Below are positions 50,027-60,197 of a DNA stretch of 64,000 nucleotides, in pieces. Position 1 is the first letter of the stretch. Each line of letters begins with the position of its first letter. Under the pieces are notes generated by a model. The model was not told the DNA's origin and did no database searches. It saw only the letters and a program-made list of their open reading frames with translations. This DNA comes from an uncultured Clostridia bacterium. GTDB taxonomy: Bacteria > Bacillota > Clostridia > Christensenellales > UBA1242. The translations under genes were made by a program, and so were the position numbers. Location of the stretch: NCBI GenBank assembly GCA_947627545.1, contig CANQWK010000001.1, positions 81,554 through 145,553 of the forward strand. Reading direction: 5' to 3'.

Positions 50027-50253
50027 TTTACCCCCTTTAATCCAACTAAGAAAACCGTTAGATATAAAAATTATGTAACAATTGAAATTAATAGTCAAAT
50101 ATTTTTACTATTTTTTTTATTATTTTTTGTTTTTTGTTAATTTTTTTTGAATAATTTTTATATTTAGTTTTGAATAATTTATTTTTTTTAATAATATTTT
50201 TAAAAATTTTTGTTTTTTTGCTTATATTTTTGATTTTCACGTTTATTTTGCAA

Positions 50254-50805
50254 TTATTTTTGCTTTTTTGTTTTTTGCCTATTTAAAATGTTACTTGCAA
50301 AATTAAAAAAGTTCTGTTCTACCTTTTTATTTATGCAGGCTCTTTTAACCATAACTACAAATTGGTCTTTAAACACAAAAAGAAAAATGTTTTTATTATA
50401 CTTAACCGCAGTTAAATCTACTTTGTTATAACTGTTTGTTCCTATTGAATTTTCTTTAACTAAAAATGTTTCGGTTAAAATGTCGTTTTCTACACAAACT
50501 TTTACTTTTGTAACCTTGCATAAATTTGAATTAAAAAAGTATTCTTGCTGATTTTTTAAAAAATTGTTAAGTGCAATTTTGTCAATTAAAAAATAACAAG
50601 CCAACAACAAAATGCCGCACACTCCAACATACCATAACTTATTGTGAAGAATAACCGCACCTATTGAAACTAAAACGCCAATAAAAGTTAAAAATACTAA
50701 CAAAATTGTAACAATGTTGGTTTTTCTTTTGTTTTTTGTTTTAAATAAAAATTTGCTTGCCTCTAAATTATCTTGAAGCGAATAATTATAAACACATTCT
50801 ACCAT
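50254..50805 (-). CDS. YcxB-like membrane protein
   Basis: Two TM plus a short C-terminal beta domain. Confidence 0.5.
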   Translation of the reverse strand: MVECVYNYSLQDNLEASKFLFKTKNKRKTNIVTILLVFLTFIGVLVSIGAVILHNKLWYVGVCGILLLACYFLIDKIALNNFLKNQQEYFFNSNLCKVTKVKVCVENDILTETFLVKENSIGTNSYNKVDLTAVKYNKNIFLFVFKDQFVVMVKRACINKKVEQNFFNFASNILNRQKTKKQK

Positions 50806-51033
50806 ATATTTATTTTAGCAAAAATTTTAGCATAGTCAAAATGTTTTAATAAAAAATGGAAGGTGAACTTCCACTTTTTTTAATTAATAATTTTTTAATT
50901 ATAATATTAACATTTTTATATTTTAATTTTGCATTAATATTTTTATATTTTAATCTTGCATTAATATTTTTATATTTTAATTCCTATATAAATATTTTTT
51001 CAATTCTTATATAAATATTTTAATAATTTAGTT

Positions 51034-52020
51034 TTAAATTAGACCCATTGCAGATTTTGCCTTATTTATGGTTTCAATTGCCACCTTTTGTGCTTTTTTT
51101 GCGCCAAGTAAAGCAATATTTAAAAGTTCGTCTTTATTATTCATATAATATTCAAATTTTTCTCGTATAGGTTTAACAACGCTAATAACGGCTTCGGTTG
51201 CACGCTTTTTTAATGCACCATAACCCTGCCCATTTAACGATTTTACAACTTCTTCAATAGGCACATTTTCACAAGCGGAAATAATTGAAAGCAAATTGCT
51301 AACGCCTGGCTGATTTTGTTCATCATAAGCAATATTGTTTAAACTATCGGTTACTGCTCGCTTAATTTTTTTTGTAATTTCTTCATCGCTATCGGTTAAG
51401 AAAATTACATTGTTAGGGTCGTCATCGCTCTTGCCCATTTTAGTGGTTGGGTCTAATAGGCCTTTAATTCTTGCCCCCACTTTGCCAACCATTGCTTTTG
51501 GAACAACAAAAGTTTCGCCAAATCTATGATTAAAGCGATTGGCAATGTCTCGCGCCAATTCCACATGTTGAACTTGGTCCTCACCCACAGGCACAACATT
51601 GCTATTGTAAAGCAAAATGTCTGCTGCCATAAGCACAGGATAAGTGTAAAGTGCAGTAGATAAACTTTTTACACCCTTTGCAACTTTGTCTTTATATTGC
51701 GTCATGCGATTTGCCTCGCCCATCATTGTGTTGCAGTTTAAAAGCCACATAAGTTCGCTATGCTCTTTAACCTGAGATTGCACATAAATAACCGATTTTT
51801 TAGGGTCTAACCCGCACGCCAAAAACAAGGCAAGTTGTTGAAGAGTTCGGTCATAGACATAACTTGCAGAAAGTTCAACCGTGTGAGCGTGCAAATTTGC
51901 CACACAAAAATAGCAAGAATATTCATCTTGAAGCGGTAGCCAATTTTTAATAGCCCCCAAGTAATTACCTAAAGTTAAAATGCCGGTTGGCTTTGTTGCA
52001 CTATATAAAACTTTTTTCAT
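51034..52020 (-). CDS. trpS: Tryptophanyl-tRNA synthetase
   Basis: PTGILTLGNYLGA, YPVLMAADILLY, VPVGEDQ, KMGKS. Confidence 0.96.
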   Translation of the reverse strand: MKKVLYSATKPTGILTLGNYLGAIKNWLPLQDEYSCYFCVANLHAHTVELSASYVYDRTLQQLALFLACGLDPKKSVIYVQSQVKEHSELMWLLNCNTMMGEANRMTQYKDKVAKGVKSLSTALYTYPVLMAADILLYNSNVVPVGEDQVQHVELARDIANRFNHRFGETFVVPKAMVGKVGARIKGLLDPTTKMGKSDDDPNNVIFLTDSDEEITKKIKRAVTDSLNNIAYDEQNQPGVSNLLSIISACENVPIEEVVKSLNGQGYGALKKRATEAVISVVKPIREKFEYYMNNKDELLNIALLGAKKAQKVAIETINKAKSAMGLI

Positions 52021-52423
52021 GCAAAAATTATAGCACAAAATAAAATTTAAAACAAGAAAATATTAAAACCATATTTCAAACATAATATTTTAAAAATTTA
52101 AGTAAAGTTTTTTAAAAATTTTTTAAAAAATGTTATTAATTTTTATTATTTTTTAATTTTACTTAACTTTTTTAAACACATAACAGCCAGCAACAAATCC
52201 TCCATAAATATAATCTCCCGACTTCCACTCCAAAATCATGAAGGTTTCATCTTGTTTTTTGTTGTTTTTATTTATAAATTTATTATAACAAATTATATAA
52301 ATAAAAAAATAATTTAATGTGTTTTTGAAAATTGAAAAGGTTAAATTAAAACATATCTATTTTTATTAATAAAATGCTTTGATATAACAATTAATTTGTT
52401 ATAATTATATAATGGAGGTAAAA

Positions 52424-53152
52424 ATGAAGTTTAAATGCAAATATATAATTATGCTTTTATTTATAGTTATTTGCTTGCCATTTATTTTGGTAGGATGCAA
52501 TAATAAAAGTTCAAAAGAAAAATATGATAGTAATATAGAAAATTTTACATTTAGTAAAACAGAGGATAATACTGGTTATATTGTGAATTCCTATGATGGA
52601 AACAGTGACTATGTTAAAATCCCAGAAAAATATAATAATTTACCTGTTAAAGAGATTGGAAACCGAGCTTTTTATCTACTAAAAATCTATAAAGCTATAA
52701 TTCCTGACTCTATAGAAATTATTAGAGAAGATGCTTTCGGAGGTTGTTCTAATCTAGTCGAAATAAATTTACCAATAAATTTAAAAACGATAAAAGATAG
52801 AGCATTTTCAGGATGTACTAGAATTTCAAAAATAATTGTACCTGATTCAGTGATTGAAGTCGGCACGAGTGCTTTTCTCTCTTGTTTGAGGGTTAGTATA
52901 ATTACTATAGGAAGAAACTCAAATTCTATTTCGTCTAGTGCTTTTTCGTCAACTGCAGCAACAACAGTTATAATTAAAAGCGAAAATGTTTTTAAAAGTC
53001 TAAATGATATAACTTCTTGTGGGTCTTTAATTGAAAACGCAACTATTATTAAAGTTCCTATCTTAATAGAAACAACAGCAACAGAATATATTCAAACTAA
53101 TTATACCGAAACTATTTCTGAAGGTTACAGAGTGTTTACTAAAAACACTTAA
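52424..53152 (+). CDS. BspA-type LRR (LRR_5) lipoprotein
   Basis: Lipobox LVGC; IPDSIEIIREDAFGGCSNL repeats. Confidence 0.85.
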   Translation: MKFKCKYIIMLLFIVICLPFILVGCNNKSSKEKYDSNIENFTFSKTEDNTGYIVNSYDGNSDYVKIPEKYNNLPVKEIGNRAFYLLKIYKAIIPDSIEIIREDAFGGCSNLVEINLPINLKTIKDRAFSGCTRISKIIVPDSVIEVGTSAFLSCLRVSIITIGRNSNSISSSAFSSTAATTVIIKSENVFKSLNDITSCGSLIENATIIKVPILIETTATEYIQTNYTETISEGYRVFTKNT

Positions 53153-53158
53153 AAATAA

Positions 53159-53189
53159 AAGGCTGAACATCTTAATTGATGTCAGCCTT
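53159..53189 (+). terminator. Intrinsic terminator
   Basis: aaggctga-acatc..gatg-tcagcctt. Confidence 0.6.
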
Positions 53190-53382
53190 ATTTTTTTATT
53201 AACTATTAGTCAACTATGAGTCAAGTAAAATTTGAATAAAAGTACAATTTGATTTAAAATTGTTATTATATTCTTGTGGTCAAATGTGGTCAAAATGGAC
53301 AGAAATAGCCAAAATTTTGACCACAAAAAAAGATGACCACATTCGCAGTCATCTTATTTATAGTGCATTTAGCCACTTTTTA

Positions 53383-54585
53383 TTATTCAACGATTTCAGA
53401 TACAACGCCTGAACCAACTGTTCTGCCGCCTTCACGAATAGCGAATTTCATACCCTTTTCAATAGCGATTGGGTGGATTAATTCAACTTCCATTGAAACA
53501 TTATCGCCTGGCATAACCATTTCAACACCAGCTGGTAGTTTAATAGAACCAGTAATATCAGTTGTTCTAACATAGAATTGTGGACGATATCCGTTGAAGA
53601 ATGCGGTATGACGGCCACCTTCCTCTTTCTTTAAAACATAAACTTCTGCTTTAAATTTAGTGTGAGGAGTGATTGAACCTGGTTTAGCAAGAACTTGACC
53701 TTTTTCAATTTCAGTTCTTTGAACACCACGAAGCAACAAACCAGCATTATCGCCTGAACGAGCTTCGTCAAGTGATTTTCTAAACATTTCAATACCAGTA
53801 ATAACTACTTTACGGGTAGGCTTAATACCAACTAATTCAACTTCTTCGTTTAGTTTAACAACACCACGTTCTACTCTACCTGTAGCAACTGTACCACGGC
53901 CTGTGATTGTGAATACGTCTTCAACTGGCATTAAGAAAGGTTTATCAGTATCACGTTGTGGAGTTGGAATATATTCGTCAACTGCTTTCATTAAGTCTTT
54001 AATGCATTGGCAAGCAGGGTCGCTAGCGTTGCCAGCAGAAGCAGCTTCTAGTGCTTTTAATGCACTACCTTTAATGATAGGAGTTTTATCTCCTGGGAAG
54101 CCGTAAGAACTTAATAAATCACGGATTTCCATTTCAACTAATTCTAGAATTTCAGGGTCATCAACTTGGTCAGTTTTGTTCATGAACACAACGATGTAAG
54201 GAACGCCAACTTGACGAGCTAGCAAGATGTGTTCTTTTGTTTGAGGCATTGGACCATCAGTTGCAGCAACAACAAGGATAGCACCATCCATTTGAGCGGC
54301 ACCTGTAATCATATTTTTAACATAGTCTGCGTGTCCTGGGCAGTCTACGTGTGCATAGTGACGAGTTTCAGTTTCATACTCTACGTGTGCAGTGTTAATT
54401 GTGATACCACGAGCCTTTTCTTCTGGGGCTTTATCAATTTCGTCGTATCTCATTTTTTGAGCTTTACCTTCGGCAGCCAAAACCATTGTGATGGCAGCGG
54501 TTAAGGTAGTTTTGCCATGGTCAACGTGGCCGATTGTACCGATGTTAACATGCGGTTTTGTTCTATCAAATTTAGCTTTTGCCAT
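53383..54585 (-). CDS. tuf: Elongation factor Tu
   Basis: [25 protein letters not shown]. Confidence 0.99.
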   Translation of the reverse strand: MAKAKFDRTKPHVNIGTIGHVDHGKTTLTAAITMVLAAEGKAQKMRYDEIDKAPEEKARGITINTAHVEYETETRHYAHVDCPGHADYVKNMITGAAQMDGAILVVAATDGPMPQTKEHILLARQVGVPYIVVFMNKTDQVDDPEILELVEMEIRDLLSSYGFPGDKTPIIKGSALKALEAASAGNASDPACQCIKDLMKAVDEYIPTPQRDTDKPFLMPVEDVFTITGRGTVATGRVERGVVKLNEEVELVGIKPTRKVVITGIEMFRKSLDEARSGDNAGLLLRGVQRTEIEKGQVLAKPGSITPHTKFKAEVYVLKKEEGGRHTAFFNGYRPQFYVRTTDITGSIKLPAGVEMVMPGDNVSMEVELIHPIAIEKGMKFAIREGGRTVGSGVVSEIVE

Positions 54586-54759
54586 TTTTAATTATCTCCT
54601 TTAATGATATATTTTTATTTTAGAATATTTGTTAAACATAAGTCAAGCAATTTTATATAGTTTTTTTAAATTTTAAATTGACATGTTTTTATTTAATAAA
54701 TATTTCAACCTATTTTGTTTTAAACAATTTATAATATTAACCTAAATTTAGATTTTATT

Positions 54760-56844
54760 CTAGTTTTCGGTTAATTTTTTGCGGTCGCCAATAATTTTAT
54801 CGGCAACATTTCTTGGGCATTCTGCATAATGGTCAAACAACATTTGGAATGTTCCACGGCCTTGGGTTGAGCCACGAAGGTCGGTTGAATAACCAAACAT
54901 TTCGCTTAATGGAACTTCGGCATGAATGATTGTGCTGCCATATTTAGTTTCTGTTCCGGTTGGAACACCACGCCTTGAAGTTAAGCCACCTAGAACTGCG
55001 CCAAGGTATTCATCTGGCACGTTAACTTCAATTTTCATTATAGGTTCAAGCAAAACAGGGTCTGCTTTTTTCATAGCCTCTTTAAATGCTAGCGAGCCTG
55101 CAATTTTAAATGCCATTTCGCTTGAGTCCACATCGTGATAAGAACCGTCAAATACGGTAACTTTAAAGTCTATTGTTTCATAGCCAGCCACAACGCCTGA
55201 TTTTTTAGCTTCTCTAATGCCGGCGTCAATTGGTGGAATAAATTCTTTTGGAATAGCGCCACCAACAACTTGGCTTTCAAACACATAGCCTTTATCTCTT
55301 TCAAGCGGTTCCATTTTAATTTTACAGTGACCATATTGACCACGTCCGCCCGATTGTTTAATATATTTGCCTTCTGCTTCAACTGCTTTGCGGATTGTTT
55401 CCTTATAAGCAACTTGTGGTTTACCAACATTAACTTCTACGCCAAATTCACGCTTCATACGGTCAACCAAAATGTCTAGGTGAAGTTCGCCCATACCAGC
55501 AATAATGGTTTGACCGGTTTGCTCATTGGTGTAAGACTTAAATGTAGGGTCTTCTTCCATAAGTTTTGCAATTGCAATGCCTAGTTTTTCTTGTGCTTGT
55601 TTGTCCTTAGGCTCAATTGCTTCTTCAATAACCGGTTTCATGAATTCCATTTCTTCCAAAATAATTGGATGGTTTTCATCGCAAAGAGTGTCACCTGTGC
55701 CTGTGTTTTTTAAACCAACAACGGCACAAATGTCGCCTGCCAAAACCTCTGGAATATCAGTTCGGTTGTTTGCATGCATGTGAAGTAAACGTCCAACACG
55801 CTCTTTTTTATCTTTTGTTGAATTTAGCACATAACTGCCTGCTTCCAACTTACCGCTATAAACACGAATAAAGGTAATACGTCCAACATAAGGGTCGGTT
55901 GCAATTTTAAATGCAAGAGCTGCAAATGGCTCGTTATCACCATTGTTGCGTTCAACCTTGCTGCCGTCTGGCAATGTGCCTTTAATTGGTGGAACGTCAA
56001 TTGGGCTTGGCATATAATCAACAATTGCATCTAGCAATTCTTGAATACCCTTGTTTCTAGCAGCTGTTCCGCACAAAACTGGGAACATTTGAAGTGAACA
56101 AGTGGCTTTACGAATGCCTTTTTTAATTTCGTCTATTGTAAGTTCTTCGCCTGCAAAGAATTTTTCAAGCAAGGTTTCGTCAGTTTCTGCAACCGATTCA
56201 ATCATTTTTTGCCTATATTCTTTGCACATATCTAGCATATCGGCAGGGATTTCTTCTTCTCTATAATCTTTGCCTAAATCGTCATAGAAAACGTAGGCTT
56301 TCATTTTAATTAAGTCAACAATACCTTTAAAAGTGTCCGCTTCGCCAATAGGCAATTGAAGTGGAACGGCGTTTGCACCTAACACTTCTTTAATGCTGTT
56401 AACGGCCTTTAAAAAGTTAGCATCGTTAATGTCCATTTTGTTAATAAAGCACAAACGAGGAACGTTAAATTTACTTGCTTGACGCCAAACATTTTCACTT
56501 TGTGCTTGAACGCCTGCTCTTGCACTGAACAATGCAACGGCACCATCCAAAACTTTTAGTGAACGTTCAACTTCAACAGTGAAGTCCACGTGTCCTGGAG
56601 TGTCGATGATGTTAATTGTGCAGTCTTGCCATTTACAAGTGGTGCAGGCAGAAGTGATTGTTATACCACGTTCTTGCTCTTGAGCCATCCAGTCCATGGT
56701 AGCTTCGCCGTCATGAACCTCACCAATTTTATGGTTGATGCCGGTGTAAAACAAAATACGCTCGGTGGTGGTTGTTTTACCCGTATCGATGTGCGCCATA
56801 ATACCAATATTTCTAACTTTTTGTAATGGAACTTGTCTTGCCAT
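54760..56844 (-). CDS. fusA: Elongation factor G
   Basis: [37 protein letters not shown]. Confidence 0.99.
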   Translation of the reverse strand: MARQVPLQKVRNIGIMAHIDTGKTTTTERILFYTGINHKIGEVHDGEATMDWMAQEQERGITITSACTTCKWQDCTINIIDTPGHVDFTVEVERSLKVLDGAVALFSARAGVQAQSENVWRQASKFNVPRLCFINKMDINDANFLKAVNSIKEVLGANAVPLQLPIGEADTFKGIVDLIKMKAYVFYDDLGKDYREEEIPADMLDMCKEYRQKMIESVAETDETLLEKFFAGEELTIDEIKKGIRKATCSLQMFPVLCGTAARNKGIQELLDAIVDYMPSPIDVPPIKGTLPDGSKVERNNGDNEPFAALAFKIATDPYVGRITFIRVYSGKLEAGSYVLNSTKDKKERVGRLLHMHANNRTDIPEVLAGDICAVVGLKNTGTGDTLCDENHPIILEEMEFMKPVIEEAIEPKDKQAQEKLGIAIAKLMEEDPTFKSYTNEQTGQTIIAGMGELHLDILVDRMKREFGVEVNVGKPQVAYKETIRKAVEAEGKYIKQSGGRGQYGHCKIKMEPLERDKGYVFESQVVGGAIPKEFIPPIDAGIREAKKSGVVAGYETIDFKVTVFDGSYHDVDSSEMAFKIAGSLAFKEAMKKADPVLLEPIMKIEVNVPDEYLGAVLGGLTSRRGVPTGTETKYGSTIIHAEVPLSEMFGYSTDLRGSTQGRGTFQMLFDHYAECPRNVADKIIGDRKKLTEN

Positions 56845-56862
56845 AAATTAAACCCCCTTAAA

Positions 56863-57333
56863 TTACCAACGGAAGTGTGCAAATGCTTTGTTTGCTTCTG
56901 CTTGCCTGTGCATATCATCACGGCGTTTAATTGCACCACCAGCTTGGTTAAATGCATCTACAATTTCTGCTGAAAGTTTGTTTTCCATGCCACGCTCGTT
57001 GCGTTTTCTAGCAAACATAACCAACCAACGAATTGCAAGAGTTTGTTGACGTTCTGCACTAACTTCTAGCGGAACTTGATAGTTAGCACCACCAACACGC
57101 CTAGCCTTAGTTTCAAGTTTAGGCTTAATATTTTCTATTGCTGTTGTTAAAACATTAAGTGGTTCGTCTTTTAATTTTTCGCCAGCAATTTTCATTGCGC
57201 TGTAAACTATGGTTTGAGCTAAACCCTTTTTGCCGTCTAACATAACTTGGTTAATTAATTTTGTAACCAAAACGGAATTGTACATTGGGTCAGGCAAAAC
57301 CACTCTTTTAACAGCCTGATTTCTTCTTGACAT
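56863..57333 (-). CDS. rpsG: 30S ribosomal protein S7
   Basis: [23 protein letters not shown]. Confidence 0.99.
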   Translation of the reverse strand: MSRRNQAVKRVVLPDPMYNSVLVTKLINQVMLDGKKGLAQTIVYSAMKIAGEKLKDEPLNVLTTAIENIKPKLETKARRVGGANYQVPLEVSAERQQTLAIRWLVMFARKRNERGMENKLSAEIVDAFNQAGGAIKRRDDMHRQAEANKAFAHFRW

Positions 57334-57573
57334 AATTTCTCCTTATTTTATTTAAATTTTTTATATTTGAAGTTGCCGATTTATTGTTCAAATTTTTAAA
57401 CATTTTTTAAACATTATAAATCAATTCAAATCAAATTAAAACTTCCACTCAACTCGCACTCGAGATTAAGGGAAAGGGAAGCAATGAAGGGAAACTGTTG
57501 CCCTTCATAAAAAGTAGGCGCTGCCTATAAATGAAGTTTTGCAATTGCAAAACAATTAAAAAAAGCAAGTGGA

Positions 57574-57945
57574 CTACTTAGGGCGTTTAGCGCCGTATTT
57601 ACTTCTGCCTTGTTTGCGTTTTTGCACAGCAGCGGTATCTAACGCACCACGAATGATATGATATCTAACACCTGGAAGGTCAGGAACACGACCACCTCTA
57701 ACCAAAACAACATTGTGTTCTTGCAAATTGTGACCTTCACCTGGAATATAGCAGGTAGTTTCTTTTTTATTGCTTAAACGAACACGCGCAATTTTTCTTA
57801 ATGCTGAGTTAGGTTTTTTAGGTGTTGTAGTGGTAACGGTTAAACAAACTCCACGCTTTTGAGGGCATTTATCAAGTAAAATAGATTGACTTTTTTGAGT
57901 TTGTTTTTCTCTACCCTTTTTAACTAATTGATTAATAGTAGGCAT
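57574..57945 (-). CDS. rpsL: 30S ribosomal protein S12
   Basis: [25 protein letters not shown]. Confidence 0.99.
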   Translation of the reverse strand: MPTINQLVKKGREKQTQKSQSILLDKCPQKRGVCLTVTTTTPKKPNSALRKIARVRLSNKKETTCYIPGEGHNLQEHNVVLVRGGRVPDLPGVRYHIIRGALDTAAVQKRKQGRSKYGAKRPK

Positions 57946-57985
57946 TTTTCCTCCTTAAAAATTTTGCAACCACTTTGTCGTCGCA

Positions 57986-58245
57986 AAGCTCACTTTTGCT
58001 AATTTGCTGCATTTCATTCCGCAAATGTGTAAATAGGGACCCCTCAAAATTAATTTTTGTGGGGAGCACAGCCTGCAAGTGATTATTGAACAGAGCAAAA
58101 ACTTTTGCACTGTGAAATCTCTAACTTGCAAAGGCGAGCAGTTTGCTCCTCTTCCCCACTTCGCAACTAGTGTTTGCGGGGACCCCATCACTCAAACTTT
58201 GTTTTCGTGATTTCTTAAGCTCACTTTTGCTAATTTGCTGCATTT
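57986..58245. repeat. 29-bp direct repeat AAGCTCACTTTTGCTAATTTGCTGCATTT (57986 and 58217) in the rpsL leader
   Basis: Two exact copies 231 bp apart. Confidence 0.8.
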
Positions 58246-58490
58246 TAATGCAAACTTTAAAAGCTTTGCCGCTCATTGCTTGCAACCAACACTTTATGCA
58301 AGACAAATGAGTTTATACAACAGTTTAAAACAAACAGCACTTTGTTCTATAACGAACTTATTATATTAAATTTAAAGTTGATTGTCAATAGTTTTTAAGC
58401 AATTTTTACAAAAAAAGATGTGTGCTAAAATTTAAGGATTTTTTAAATCTTTTCACACATCTAAATTTAAAATAAATACAATATAAAACT

Positions 58491-59834
58491 TTAAATTAAA
58501 TCTTTTTCATAATTTATTTTATAGAATGTTGTTGAATTGTCTGTTATTTTTATTTCATCGGCAATTTCAACATCAGCAACTATCAATATTGTGTTTCCAA
58601 CTGCTAAAACCGGAATTGTATCGCGCATGCGTTGTGGAATTTTTTTATCTATAAAATAATCTTTAAGTTTTTTGCTACCATTCAAGCCTAGTGGAGCAAA
58701 TGTATCGCCCTCTTGCCTAAACCTCCAAATTGCGTTTTCTGGAATTTTGTTTGCATCTACAATATGTTGATGAGGTTTTGCTTCAGTTTTAACTTTGCTT
58801 GCTGTGGTGCGAATTGTTCCATAGTTTTCAATTTTTAATTTTCCGTGCCTAAACGAATATTCTCCAAAACTTTGCATTTTCTTGATGTTGCCAATTGTAA
58901 TGTAATCATATTCCTTGCTTACTTTTAATTTAAATGGCAAGTTAATAATGCTTCCGTTATTGGCCTCTAGGGCGAATTCTCGAACCATGTTTATGTGTTT
59001 GCTTTCAATATCTTGAATTGCAAAGCGTTTAAACACTTTCATTAAAATGCGGTTTACAATAACTTCATCTTGATAAAAATACGCTAGCGGAACTTTAACA
59101 TAATCTTTGGCATCAATAATTGTGCCTAAGTTGATTTGTTTGTTTATAAAATCATCATCTTTTGCACAGAAGGAAGAAAATTTAACAATATTTCTATCTG
59201 CTTGCCTAAATTGCCTGCGCAAAGTTGGCATAACCACATTTCTAATATAGTTGCGAGCGTAAGTGTTATCGCTGTTAGTTTCGTCCTCAACATATTCTAG
59301 GCTGTTTTCGTCTATATAAGACATAATTTCTTCCCTAGGAGTGTTAAGAAGCGGACGAATATAAATGCCGTCTCTAACAGGTTCCATTCCCCTTGCTCCA
59401 GATAAGCCTGAGCCACGCAAAATGTTAAGCAAAACTGTTTCGGCTTGGTCATATAAATGATGCGCAAGTGCAATTTTATCAACTAAACCTTTTTTAACTA
59501 AGGTTTCAAACACGCCATAACGAACTTTTCTTGCGGCCTGTTCAATTGTTAATTTTTCTTCTTTTGCAACCTTTAAACTTTCGCCTTTAAACTTGTATGC
59601 TCTAATTTTTTGGTCTTTGCAAAACTGCATAACAAAATCCACATCTAAGGCACTATTTTTTCTAATTCCATGGTCCACTGTAACCGCCACCACTTCACAA
59701 TCTAAAACATTTTTTATAGAGTTTAAATAATGCAATAATGCAATGCTATCTCTTCCGCCAGAACATGCCACGCCAATAATTTCGCCTGGCTTAATCATGT
59801 TATTCTTTTTAATGTAGTCTAAAACATTTTCCAT
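58491..59834 (-). CDS. tilS: tRNA(Ile)-lysidine synthetase
   Basis: SGGRDS, ARKVRY, AHHLYDQAETVLLNILRG, RPLL, RNYIR. Confidence 0.95.
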   Translation of the reverse strand: MENVLDYIKKNNMIKPGEIIGVACSGGRDSIALLHYLNSIKNVLDCEVVAVTVDHGIRKNSALDVDFVMQFCKDQKIRAYKFKGESLKVAKEEKLTIEQAARKVRYGVFETLVKKGLVDKIALAHHLYDQAETVLLNILRGSGLSGARGMEPVRDGIYIRPLLNTPREEIMSYIDENSLEYVEDETNSDNTYARNYIRNVVMPTLRRQFRQADRNIVKFSSFCAKDDDFINKQINLGTIIDAKDYVKVPLAYFYQDEVIVNRILMKVFKRFAIQDIESKHINMVREFALEANNGSIINLPFKLKVSKEYDYITIGNIKKMQSFGEYSFRHGKLKIENYGTIRTTASKVKTEAKPHQHIVDANKIPENAIWRFRQEGDTFAPLGLNGSKKLKDYFIDKKIPQRMRDTIPVLAVGNTILIVADVEIADEIKITDNSTTFYKINYEKDLI

Positions 59835-60197
59835 AAAAATCTCCTATAAACCAATGAACAAACTAAACTGCCAATTAGGTTTTGTTTTTATGTTTTTATT
59901 TTAGCACATAACTAAAAATTTTGCAATAGCTTTTTAAAATTTTAATAGAATTAAGTAAAAAACAGCAAAATTTAACGATTTTTTTGAAATTTTTACCGCA
60001 TTTTTTTGAGTTTTTAAAAATTTTTTTAAATTTTTTAATTTTTACATTTCTATTTTATTTTTAATTTTTGTATTACTTTGTTGTTTTGCTCTTTAAATTT
60101 TTTTCATTTTAATCTATATTAAACTTTTCATTTTATTTTATATTTAATTTACATTTTTATATTTAGTTTTTTACAAATTTATTTTAGGTTTTTTGTT

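Noticed and set aside
52021-52260. T-box riboswitch upstream of trpS
   Set aside because: No T-box consensus (GGTGGNACC) seen; a -10 box sits 6 nt before the ATG, leaving no leader.
57955-58306. ORFs 57955-58191 and 58121-58306 as an L7Ae-like ribosomal protein gene
   Set aside because: No L7Ae motifs or SD; probably chance ORFs in a structured leader.
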